Below are positions 13,548 to 24,953 of a DNA stretch of 64,000 bases, one piece after another (positions within the stretch are counted from its first letter, which is position 1; each line of letters opens with the position of its first letter). The stretch covers positions 633,207 through 697,206 of the forward strand of contig NW_003314333.1 of assembly GCF_000143415.4 (NCBI RefSeq), read 5' to 3'. The translations under genes and the position numbers were made by a program. The stretch comes from Selaginella moellendorffii (lineage: Eukaryota > Plantae > Lycopodiophyta). The notes beneath the pieces are model-generated. The model was given only the letters and a program-made list of their open reading frames with translations. It was not told the DNA's origin and ran no database searches.

Positions 13548-13599
13548 CTGCTTAAGGAACTCAAGATCAATTCATTTACAGGAATACATGCATCTTTAC
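13548..13599 (-). other. Spliceosomal intron (52 nt) in the integrase GPY/F region of element C
   Basis: AAAG|GTAAAG...TAAGCAG|GTTC. Removal joins ORF 13596..13931 to ORF 13166..13570 as KLTQRFAGPYEI. Confidence 0.85.
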
Positions 13600-14017
13600 C
13601 TTTGGGTCAACTTTCGGCTGATCCCACTTGGTAGTCTGAGGTTCTTGGTGTTCAGCCACACCTTCTCCCCAGCTTGGAACTCTACATCCCGACGCTTCTG
13701 GTTCGCGTATTTGGTTTGCCTTTGTTGAGCCCGTTCCAAGGAATCCCTCACTAGATTCCAAATGTTGAGTCTTTCCGCCGTGAATGCCTCCACTGCGGGC
13801 AACTCTCCATGATACTCGGCCACGCCGAGTTCCACAGGACCTTCAATAGCTCGCCCATTGATGACTTCCCATGGACTCACCCCGATACTCGAATGTGGTG
13901 AGTTGTTATAACACATTTCCGCAAGTCCCAAATGACTTACCCAATCAGTCTGGTCTCCCGAGACATAGCATCACAAATAATCCTCCAGCTGCCTATTCAC
14001 CCTTTCCGTTTGTCCGT

Positions 14018-14063
14018 CTGTCAAGAAGTGTTAGTGCCAACAACTTGACTTAATACCCCATAC
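14018..14063 (-). other. Spliceosomal intron (46 nt) in the integrase core of element C
   Basis: ACAG|GTATGG...CTAAC...TTGACAG|ACGG. Removal restores YHPQTDGQTERVN. Confidence 0.9.
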
Positions 14064-16689
14064 CTGTCTGTGGGTGATAGGCTGTGCTGAATTTCAACTT
14101 GGTGTGATACTGTTCCAGGAGAGTCCTCCAGAACCTACTAGTGAAGATCTTATCTTGATCTGAGATGATCTCTTCCGGTCTTCCCCGCACTCGAACCACT
14201 TGTTCGAAGAACAGCTTTGCCACACCTTCCGCATCCACCTCCGTTGTGGTGGGTATGAAGTGTGCCATTTTCGAAAATTGGTCCACCACCACGAATATCG
14301 CATCAAACCCCTCGCTTGGGAGGAGTCCCGTGATGAAGTCCATCGTAAGACATTTCCACGGGCGATCTGGAATTGGGATGCTTTGCAACAAGCCCCCACT
14401 AGCCTTAGTCACGGCTTTTACCTGCTGACATGTTGGACATGTCTTTACATAGTCTTGGACGTCCTTAGCCATATCTGGCCAATGGTACTTCCTTTTGAGT
14501 AAGCCCATCATCTTGGGCACTCCACCGTGTCCCGCAAGAGGTCCGTCATGACACTCTTCTAAGGCCACCTTCCTTAGTTCCCCTTCTGGAATATACACCC
14601 TCGTTTGCTTGTAATAAATGAGTCCGTTGTGTTCCGCATAGCCCGTTTTCTCTTCCGTTGGCAGCTCACCTCTCTGGTGAGCTTCCCGCGCCTCTAGATT
14701 CCTCAGCAACACTTCCTGTGCTAGACCATCGTTCTCATATGCTGTCCGCACATCGTCCCAGAAGGTTGCTGTGGCGCTGGATATTGCCAACCTCAAGCTC
14801 GCTTTTCGACTTAGCGCATCCGCCACGATGTTGCTCTTCCCAGGCTTGTACAGAATTTCGCAATCAAACTCGGCCAAGGCATTGGCCCACCGACCTTGTT
14901 TCCCTCTTAGGTCGGGCTGTGACAAGAAGTGTTTCGTTGCCACATTGTCCGTGTAAACCTTGAAGTGTCTCCCAAGGTAGTGCCGCCACTCCTTGAGCGC
15001 CTTGACCACCGCAAACAATTCCTTCTCGTGGGCAGGCCACTTCCGTTGAGCCTTGTCCAGCTTCTTCGAGAAGAACGCTACCGGATGGTTGTCTTGCTTC
15101 AAAACTGCGCCCAACGCAAAGTCCGAAGCATCCGTTTCTACCTCAAAGTCCTTACCAAAGTCCGGTAATGCCAATACGGGAGCCTTCCTCAACTTCCCCT
15201 TGAGGTGGACGAATGCCGCCTCGCATTCCGCTGTCCACACCATCTTCCCTTTTCCTGTTTGGTCCGTTAAGGGCAGGGCTACTCTCGAATAGTGTCTGAT
15301 AAACTTTCGATAGTAGTTGCATAGCCCCAGGAATGCCCTCAACTCGTGTACATTGGATGGTCGCTCCCATTCCTGGATCGCTTGGACCTTCTCCGGGTCC
15401 ACCTTGAGCCCATCCTGGCCCACCACATGCCCGAGAAACTTTACCTCTTGTTGAGCAAAGTCACATTTGCTCTCTTTAGCATACAGCTTGTGTTCCCTTA
15501 GTTTCTCAAACACCTTCGCCAAGTGTTCGGCATGCTCCTCTAGCGTCTCGCTATAGATCAGGATGTCGTCGATATAGACGACCACAAAGTGATCCAGATA
15601 GGGTACAAAGATGTGGTTCATTAGCGCCAAAAACGTTGCCGGCGCATTGCATAGCCCGAAGGGCATCACCAGAAACTCAAAGCTCCCATACCTCGTTTGA
15701 CAGGTTGTCTTCTTGACATCTTCCTCGGCTACCCTGATCTGGTAGTATCCTGACCTTAGGTCAATCCTTGAGAAGTATTTTGCCTTTCCCAACCTATCGA
15801 ACAGGTCCTCAATCCTGGGCAAAGGGTACTTGTTCTTCTTTGTATACTTGTTGAGCAACTGGTAGTCTATGCACATGCGCATAGATCCATCTTTCTTCTT
15901 CACAAATAACACCGGCGCCCCATACGGCGACTTGCTCAACCTAACATACCCTTTGTCCACCAACTCCTCTAGTTGGCACTTGAGCTCCTTGAGTTCTTTT
16001 TCGTTCAAACGATAAGGGGGACGAACCACTGCCTCAGCACCCTCGACCAGCTCAATCTTATGTTCTATCGGTCGTGCTGGGGGTAGCCCCGCCGGTAGCT
16101 CCTCCAGCATGGTATCCTGGAATTGGTCCAACACCCGCTGGATCACTAAAGGTACTTCTTCCATTCCTGTCTTTTTGTCACTCTTCACCGAAAGTAAGCA
16201 CAAAAAGGCCGCCTTAGTTCCTTTAGTGAGTTGTCCTCTCGTGGACACCAGGTTTAAGCAGGAATCTTTGGCCTTGCTTTGCCCTACCTTTAAATCTTGG
16301 GCCTCCACCCTAGATCTTCTTCCTTGGGCATTCGCCAGTACCACAAGGTTTCTACCTTGTCCATGCAGGGCTACCACGAATCAATTGAACCAGTCCATTC
16401 CGAAGATCACGTCAAATCCCGCCATGTCCAACACGGTGAAATCCATGTCCACCTTCCAAGTCTCCACTTCGACTCTCGCTTGTCGAAGTACCTCATCGGT
16501 GCTTTGGCTACCTTGAACAAACTCTATAGTCCTTGGTTTGCCTAGCCGCTGCACCGTTAGTCCGGCTTGCCGGACTATGTTTGCAGCTACAAAATTATCC
16601 AAAGCACCCGTGTCAATAAGGATTTTAATAAAGCTACCTCCGAGCTTCCCTCGGAGGGCTAGTAGATGTCGCGAATGACTCTCTACCAA

Positions 16690-17937
16690 AGTTGCTCATG
16701 TAATGAGTAACTTTGAGTTAGGGACTGGATCACATACCTCCGTTTGGACTTCACCCGATTTGATGGCCATATTGGCTCTGGCCTTCTTCGGGTAAGGACA
16801 TTACCTCGAGAAGTGTCCCGCTTCACCGCAGTTGTAGCATACGTTGTTTCCCACGCTGCTATACGACTTGACCTTCTTATCCGTGGGTTTGTCTCTTTTC
16901 GCTTGACTCCCCCACGTACTCGCTCGCTGGCCACCGGATTTGCCTTTCCGGAACCCCGAGGACTCATTCTTAGAGAAACTCCTCTTGAATTTCCCTCTGC
17001 TAAACGTTCCCCTTGGTTTGGCCCCTTTGCTAAACGTGGATCCCGACCCCGTCGTGTTCCTTTTTCACAGGTTATCGTTGAAATGCACCTTGATGGCTGC
17101 ATCCAACGCTTCCTTGTAGTTGGTCGGGTTCCACCGCATTACTTCGCCGCGAGCCCAGGTTTGCAAACCTGATATGAAGGCATGGAATGCATCCATATCC
17201 CCCATGTCCGTGACAAGTATCCTCTTTGCCATAAACCCATTCACATACTCCTGAATGGTTCCGGTCTGCTTCAGCCTACTCAGCTCATCCCTTAGGTGCA
17301 GAGTAGCATTCGAAGGAACGTAAGTTGCGCGGATCCTCGCCTTCATCATTTCCCAAGTGGCCACCGGTCCTTCGTTGGCCTCCGTTGTTCTCCACCAAGA
17401 CTTGGCGTTATCTGCCAAGTATGGTTTTGCATATGGGACCTTCTCCGAGCTCGGTAATCGCAACGCTCGGAAGTAGTCCTCCATATCGTAAAACCAATCC
17501 TCCACCACCTTATAGTCGTTCACTCCCTTGAAGACCGGTGGGGGCTTCGGTTTGTACTTGGGAACTGCCTGGGGGACTGATTCCACTTCGGTTTGTTCGA
17601 CCTTGTCTGGTTTTGCCTCAGTCCCTACCGAAGGGTCTGCACCTTCTGCGCTGCCAGCATCCGCAGTCTTTCGCTTTTTCTTTCGCTTCTCGTCACGCTT
17701 TAGCTTGCGTACGAGAGTCTCTAGCAGGGCATTGGTCTGTGCCAATTGCCCTTCTAGAACGTCCAATCGAGCCTTGGATGACCGAACCTCACCACCGGAC
17801 TCCTGTTTGGAAGTTGCCTCACTGGAGTCCTCCTCATGCAACGATTCCTCATCCATAGCCTCTTGTTCGACCGGAGGCTCCAGCTCTGGAGGAGGTTCTG
17901 TTTCCGCCTGGGTTCGCTTACGTCCTGCCCTTGCCAT
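16690..17937 (-). pseudogene. gag: gag of element C
   Basis: 290-aa ORF with retrotransposon gag motifs (WFYDMEDYF, AKSWW, LKQTGTIQEYV). The same frame continues past a TGA to the zinc knuckle CYNCGEAGHFSR*CP. Confidence 0.9.
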
Positions 17938-17981
17938 CTCCCAGCAATCCGCCTCTATCCTTCGCTAGAACTGAGGAAGAG

Positions 17982-17993
17982 GCTCCGATACCA
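17982..17993 (-). promoter_or_regulatory. Primer-binding site (tRNA-iMet type) of element C
   Basis: TGGTATCGGAGC, 3 nt from the 5' LTR, one mismatch to the canonical TGGTATCAGAGC. The same variant is present in B and at 61400. Confidence 0.85.
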
Positions 17994-17996
17994 AAT

Positions 17997-19173
17997 TGTA
18001 AGCCACAAATTTTTCCTTTCCAATTTGCCAGCTTACCTCGTCTATCCGACCAACTCTGCCTTGGCTTGTGCTAAGTTCCCTCGCCAAGGTTCTCACCTAT
18101 GGTACCAGCTCCTACTTGGTCCTACTTGGTTTCAGCTACTCACTACACGAGCAACGGAGTGTTAGCCATCCATCTACGGATTCCCAAATCTCTCCCAATC
18201 CCCCTCCCCGGGTTAGACTGGACTTAAGGTTCGGCTACACTCCCCGCAGGCACAAGCAGCCAAGCACACCAAGCCTCCAGATTCCTAACACCCCTTGGTA
18301 CCACAAGACTTGATCATGGGACCCTCTAAATCCCAAGTTTTGGGTGTAGCACTTGCTTCGGGACGTCGGGGCGAAACACCGTGGCCTAACGGCCCAGTAT
18401 GGGTACCTCTACCCCCCCTCTTCCATCCCGAAGGGAAGGCCCAAGCCCCCAGAAGGGCGAGGACCAATGAGCCACAAGGTACTCAAGTGGGGCACCACTT
18501 CACCTGAGCCGGGAGCACTGCAGTCGGTTTCCCTTTCGGGAATGGGAGCTGCTCTTGAGCACTTCCTTGGATGGCCCCTCCGGCACCAGCCAAGTCCATG
18601 CTCACTCCCACCCAAGGCCCTCGGTCCCAGTCTCAACCTCAAGTCGGTTTGGAAGCCCAACTGGAGAGTCCCTTCAAAACTGGTTCCTGGACCTCACTAT
18701 TCCTACTATACTTTTGGAACCCCCTGCAGCCCCCCCCCCCCCCCCCCTTGGGAGACGCACGCTTTGGGCTTTCACCCCTTGACCCGTATTAGTATTTGGA
18801 CTTAGTCTCTGGCTCAATCTCGGACCCGATTTCGGATCCAACTTCGGATTCGGTCTCGGACTCGATCTCGGACTCGATCTCGGACCCGATCTCGGACCCG
18901 ACCTTGGACCCGACCTCGGACTCGACCTCGGACTCGGTCTCGGACCCGATTTCGGATCTCGGACTCCGTCTCGAACTCGGTCTCGAACTCGGACTCGAAC
19001 TCGGTCCCCGAGTCGGTCTCGGACTCGATTCCGGACTCTATCTCGAACTCGGTCCTAGAGTCGGTCTTGGACTCGATCCTCGACTTGGTCCCATCCGATA
19101 AACTCTTTGTCATTTCGGTCAAGCTTTTGGGGATCCTTTAGCCTACGACATCTCGGGGAGTCGGTTCCTTACA
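17997..19173 (-). repeat. 5' LTR of element C
   Basis: Direct repeat of 11580-12762, adjacent to the PBS. Confidence 0.95.
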
Positions 19174-21043
19174 GTTATGCCCTTCGATTCCTATGGTTTG
19201 GTTCTATCCCCTTACTACTTGATTTTTGGCTTCACACCTTTCCTTCGGTTATTCGCCTCCAAACTAGGAGGATAGTTTTGCACTTTCTACCATGCCTTAG
19301 GAAGTATTCTTGGGGATGAACCTACCCGACAGCCTAGGGAGTGGTTCCTCAATCCAGGTATGCTCACCTTATAATCCCACACACCGGGATTAACGTTGTT
19401 GTTTATGGGCCCTTACATGCCCATCACTAACCTTGCCAAAATTCCATTTTTGGCTTTGTCCAATTCGGGTAAACAGTCTTCTCCTGTCTCCGCAACCTTG
19501 GACATTTGGATAGCACCTTCTATCCATCATTCACGAGGAACTTAGTCCCTTAGGCCTTATCTATTGCCCTTGCAACACTAAACACCACCTCCTGGTGTTC
19601 CAGAGTGTTTGGGTGTCCCAATGATGGTCTCCTTGATAATGAGCATTTCCTTTTATGACATTGACTCACTATATCGCAACATAAGCAATTTATCCCCTAT
19701 AAGGGTATATCTAACTTCCTTATGCCATTTAGAAGTCTTGGGTAGCTACCTTCTACCCATTTAACCAATTATGTTTATACCTCTTGCTTAGTTGCCCCAT
19801 AGTTGTCAAGTCTTACAACTCATTGCTTAGTGCTTCCACACCTCCATCATTATCTGGGTCACCACACTCCAACTGCATGCCTTTCAGCTTAGGCCATGCC
19901 ATTTCCGCTTTCATTGGGATTCCCTTAGCAAGGGGTTTTTATGAACCCACCATCATAACCTCAAGGTATCACACCTTGGCACATTTGGTGTCTCCACACC
20001 ATCGGCTCCACGAGCCTACCTCTATGACACTTTTTACTTGTGTTTAGGTCTTTGCCAAGTCTAAAGTAGTCATTTTTCATGCCAACTATCAGTTAGCACT
20101 GCACCATAGTGCACACACAACTCTATGCCAAAGTTGCTTTCTTTTTGGGGAACACCTTTCCCACAACTTTAGCATAACACATTCTGCCATCGATGAGATA
20201 CCCTCTATTCTCATCCTTAGATCCTATGATCCCCCCCATCCTTCGTGGGGTACAACACACCTTAGTCCAAATGCTTCTATCAGTCCTTTAGGACGATTCC
20301 TTGACTCTACTTGAATCATCTAGCAGTTTTGGACTTGGTTAATCCACAGATTCGTAAGGTCCTACTTGTGAGGCACCAACTCACTAGAATACAACTTCTT
20401 GCATTCATGTCCTACTCATAAGGACTATTTTCACAAGTGTTACTCTGACACTTGATTTTGTTCTCTGGGGGCAACCTCTGCCCCTTAGGACTACTTGTCC
20501 ATGTGATGAGAATACCAACTCATCCTCTAAGTACATCCCCAACTCCTTGGGTTGTTCCAGCATTCATCAAGGGTAGCCTCGGCTACCATTTCAAGGACTT
20601 GTGTCCTCTTCTGTATTTAACCTCCCATGGTCATCAATTCCAATCTCAAAGTTATGAGCACTAGCCTCAACTATATGAGGTAATCTTGTGACTCCTTTAT
20701 TGTTTTGGAGTCTACATCTTTCCCGTGATCCCAACTATAGTTATTTACCACAACTATGTTAGCCCGTTTGCTGCGTGAAACACTCATCTGGATCACATCC
20801 TCAGCTCTCTGAGGAAACCTTATACTGTTCCCAAGATCCCAAAGTCATTCCATTATTGGCCCTTTTCTATCCACCACATCGTGCCCAAGTTCACGCATGA
20901 ACTTGAGTGGAGAGCCATGTCCTCTCGACATGCTACTCCTCAAGGATAGGCCCACTCCTAGGACCTTCCGATGCCAGCATCAATGGTGATATACTTAAGC
21001 ACCAATAAAAGTCGGACTAAGGAACTTGGCTCCGATACCAAGT

Positions 21044-22589
21044 TATAAGCGACTAAATTTTCCATTCTACTTTAGTCATTTAACCACACCTCCGACCACT
21101 TGGAAGAGTCTCATTCACAACCTCCATAAGTCCAATTTAGAACTTGGGACTTGCTAGCCCCAAGAATGGCATCCATGCCACTCAACCTTTGCACCTGGTC
21201 CAAATGCTCCACATGTCCGATCCCATGATTGACACTCAAAGGTACCACCGACATAGCAGCCTGTTACACTAAGGCCATGTCCAATCACCTTTACCGCACT
21301 GGTAGTCTAATACCACTTGCAACACAGTCTTGTCTCTTCAAGACTGGGCCAACCATCCGTGAATGGTCATCTCAGATCCACTCCTTAGCATCCTTAGGAT
21401 GCCCACTGACAAGGGGAACAACCTTCCCCAATATCCCTCTGTCCGTCCCCACTAAGTCCCTTTTTGCCCTTGGCCGTGTTTGCCAACACTGCCACTGGGT
21501 CGAGGCCCACAAGCCTGACCACTAAGTCCCATGGTCCTCTGGGACTTCCTCACCACGTGACCGTATCCTTGGCCACCACACCAAAGAACTGCTCCTTTTC
21601 CTTTCCACAGTCTGGGACTTTGGGACAACACTTCAGAATACCGTGGCCTTACATAAGCCACCTGGGTACTCTCCCCGCCTTCCACCTTTGGGTGCTCTAG
21701 CCATGGGCTTAGAGCGAGGTTCCGTTGAGCCACGCTTGGTATCCAAGTAGGTAGTGCCACCCACACTTGGACTGGGAGTATCGGCTAGTCGATCTCCCGG
21801 GGGAACTAGAGCTGGCTCTTGAACATTTCACCAAGCTACCTCGCTTGTCGGTCCGTATTCACTCTAGTCTTGGACTTCCCAGTGGTCAGTTCATCACCCA
21901 ACACTGGATCTGGCCTTCCTGGGCCAAACTGGCCTTTCCTGGCCAAACTGGCTCCATTGCAGTCCTCCCCCTTACTATACTTTTGGAGCTCACCAAACCC
22001 CCCAGGGTCTGGGAGACGAACACTTTGGGCTTTCACCCTCTCAGACTCGAACTCAGACTCGGACTTGGACTCGGACTCAGGCTCGGGCTCGGTCTCGGCC
22101 TCGATCTCGGTCCCGGTCTCGGTCTCGGTCTCGGTCCCGGTCTCGGTCTCGACCTCGGACTCCATCTCGGGTCCTTCTCGGACTCCATCTCGGATTCCAT
22201 CTCGGGTCCATCTCAGACTCCATCTCGGACTCTGTCTCGGTCTATCTCGAACTCCATCTCAAACTCCATCTCGGGTCCATCTCGGACTCCATCTCGAACT
22301 CTGTCTCGGTCCATCTCGGACTCCATCTTGGACTCTATCTCGGGTCCATCTCGGACACTTCCATGTGTCATGTGTTAGTCCTTTTTGGGTCCCTTTTTGG
22401 AGCCTTGCTTATTGGTTGCCTCATGCTCGCTCCTTGAGCACTTTGTTGGGAGTTCCACTCCCGCTCTCGACCTTCCAAGTCGGAGCTTTTGGTCCAAACG
22501 TGTTACGCTCGTTTGGCTTTCGCTTCGGCCACTACCACATGGCACCCTTTTCGGCTCCACTTTGGGGCCTAGGGATTTTGTGTCTCACA
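21044..22589 (-). repeat. 5' LTR of element B
   Basis: Direct repeat of 7673-9500, adjacent to the PBS. Confidence 0.9.
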
Positions 22590-23791
22590 ATTCTCTTGAA
22601 AAGTGTCCTGCTTCACTGCAGTTGAAACATATGTTATTTCTTACACTACTAACAAACTTAGCCTTCGTATCAATGGGTTTGTCTTTTTTCGCTTGCCTTC
22701 ATTTGTACTCCCCCACATACTTGCTCACTGGCGACTAGATCTGCCTTTCCAAAACCCTAAGGATTCATTTTTATAAAACAAATTCCTAAATTTCCCTTTG
22801 CCATATATCCCCTTGGTTTGGCTCATTTGTTAAATGTAGATTCTGACCCAGTTGTGTTCCCCTTTCACAAATTAGCATTGAAATGCACCTTAATAATTGT
22901 ATCCAATGTTTCTTTGTAGTTAGTTGGGTTCCAATGCATCATCTCGCCTCGAACCCAAATCTGTAAGCCTGATATGAAGGCATAGAATACATCCATGTTG
23001 CCCATATCTGTGACAAGAATCCTCTTCGCCATGAATGGATTCACATATTCTTGAATGGTTCTTATCTACTTCAGCCTACTTAACTCATTTATTAGGTGTA
23101 GAGTAGCATTTAGGGAATATAAATTTCATGGATCCATGCCTTCATCATTTCTCAAATGGTCATTAGCCCTTCGTTAGCCTCTGTTGTTCTCCACCAACAC
23201 TTAGCATTATCAGTCAAGTATGGTTTTGCATATAGGACCTTCTTCGAGCTAAGTAATTGCAACACTTAGAATCTTCTATATCGTAAAACTAGTCCTCCAC
23301 CACTTTATAGTCATTTACTCCCTTGAAGACTGGTAAGGGCTTTGGTTTGTAGTTGGGAACTATTCGAGGGACTAATTCCACTTCAGTTTGTTTGACCTTA
23401 TTCGGTTCTGCCTCAGTCCCTGCCAAAGGGTCCACGCCTTTTACACTAGTAGCATCTGAAGTCTTTTGCCTTTTCCTCTATTTTTTATCAAGCTTTAGCT
23501 TGTGTACGAGGGTCTCCAATAGCACATTAGTCTGTGCCAATTGTCCTTTTAGAATGTCCAATTGAACCTTGGATGACTGAATCTCACCACTAAACTTCTA
23601 TTTGGAAGTTTCCTCACTGGAGTTCTCCTCTTGCAAAGATTCTTCATCCATAACTTCTTGTTCTACTGGAGGATCCAGCTCTAGAGGAGGTTCCATCTCT
23701 ACTTTAGCTCTTTTATGCCTTACCTTAGCCATCTTCAAGTAATCTGCCTCTATCTTTCGTTAGAATTAAGGAAAAGGCTCCAATACCAAAT

Positions 23792-24953
23792 TGTAATTTA
23801 CAAATTTTTCCTTTCTAATTTATTAGTTTACCTTGTATATTCGACCACCACTACCTTAGCCTTAGTTAAGTTCTTTTGCCAAAGTTCCCACCTATTATAC
23901 TAGTTTCTATTTGGTTCTACTTGGTTTTAACTACTCACTACACAAGCAATAAAGTGTTAACCATCCATCCATAGATTCCTAATTTTTCTCCCAATCCCCC
24001 TCTTTGGGTTAGACTAAAGTTTGGCTATACTCCTTGCAAGCACACCAAGCCTTTAAATTCCTAGCATCTCTTGGTACAATAAAACTTGATTATGGGACTC
24101 TCTGAATCCCAAGCTTTATGTGCATCATTTACTTTGGGACCCCAGGGGGAAACACCATCACCTAATGGCCCGGTATGAGTACCCTTACCCCCCCCACTTC
24201 CATCCTGAAGGGAAGGTCCAGGCCGCTAGGAAGGAGCAAGGACCAATGAGCCATAAGGTACTCAAGTGGGGCACCACTCTACATGAGTTGGGAGCACTAT
24301 AGTCAATTTCCCTTCTAGGAGTGAGAGTTCTTTTTGAGCACTTCTTTGGATAACCCCTCTGGCAGCACTTGAATCCATATTCACTCCCACCTGAGGCCCC
24401 TAAGCCCCAATTTCAACCTCAAGTTAGTTTAAAAGCACCACTAAAGAGTTCCTTCAAAACTAATTCTTAAACCTCACTATCCTTTCTATACTTTTGGAAC
24501 CTTTTGCAACTGCCCCTTCCTTGTGGGATGATTGCTTTGGGCTTTCACCCCATGACCTATATTAGTATTTGGACTCGATCTTAGACTCGATCTCAAACTT
24601 AACCTTGAACTCAGTCTCAAACTCAATCTCGGACTTGATCTTGGACCTGACGTCAGACTCAATCTCGGACTCGATCTTGGACTCAGTTTTGGTCTCAGAC
24701 TCGATCTTGGATCTCAGACTTGGTCTTAAACTCGGTCTCAAACTTGGTCTCGGAGTCAGTCTCAGACTCAATCTCAGACACAGTTTCAAACTCAGTCTCG
24801 AACTCGATCTCGGACTCGATTTCAAACTCGGTCTTGAACTCAATCTCGGAGTCGGTCTTCGACTCAATCTCAAACTTAGTCTAATTTAATGAACTTTTTA
24901 TCATTCCGGTCATGGTTTCAGGGATCCTTTAGCCTAGAGTTGGTTTTCTTACA
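23792..24953 (-). repeat. 5' LTR of element A (CpG-depleted homolog of the element C LTR)
   Basis: Colinear with 17997-19173, with many C>T/G>A changes. Confidence 0.85.

Larger units (their letters stand above)
13166..16689 (-). pseudogene. pol: pol of element C (protease, RT, RNase H, integrase, chromodomain), with two introns and a few in-frame TGA stops
   Basis: Motifs LIDTGA (PR), VYIDDILI (RT), [13 protein letters not shown] (RH), H-H-CPTC zinc finger, MDFITGL and IISDQD (INT), GPY, and YEVEAIL...VKWKGF...TWEPEENL (chromodomain). Stops at WFN*F and YL*CYV fit CGA>TGA decay. Confidence 0.95.
11580..19173 (-). mobile_element. Ty3/gypsy chromovirus element C, structurally full length, nested in B
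   Basis: LTRs 11580-12762 and 17997-19173 (TG...CA). TSD GTTAT at 11575-11579 and 19174-19178. Met-type PBS at 17982-17993 and PPT at ~12763-12775. Domain order is gag-PR-RT-RH-INT-chromodomain. Confidence 0.97.
7673..22589 (-). mobile_element. LTR retroelement B (non-autonomous, LARD-like), nested in A
   Basis: LTRs 7673-9500 and 21044-22589 (TG...CA; the right copy has TG>TA). TSD ATTCT at 7668-7672 and 22590-22594. PBS TGGTATCGGAGC (minus strand, 21029-21040) and PPT next to 9500. No recognisable gag/pol ORF inside. Confidence 0.9.
6556..24953 (-). mobile_element. Ty3/gypsy element A (old, degenerate, 3'-truncated; same family as element C), split by nested element B
   Basis: 5' LTR 23792-24953 is homologous to the LTR of C. 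Degenerate PBS at ~23777-23788, gag remnant ~22595-23730, and PR/RT remnant 6556-7672 (ending at [10 protein letters not shown]). Sequence is colinear with C across the element B insertion. Confidence 0.85.

Noticed and set aside
13950-17070. In-frame stops shared between element C and older copies (NL*K, WFN*F, YL*CYV) as programmed read-through or editing sites
   Set aside because: All are explicable as CGA>TGA/TAA decay at methylated CpG, and Arg fits the motifs. A family consensus is needed before claiming recoding.
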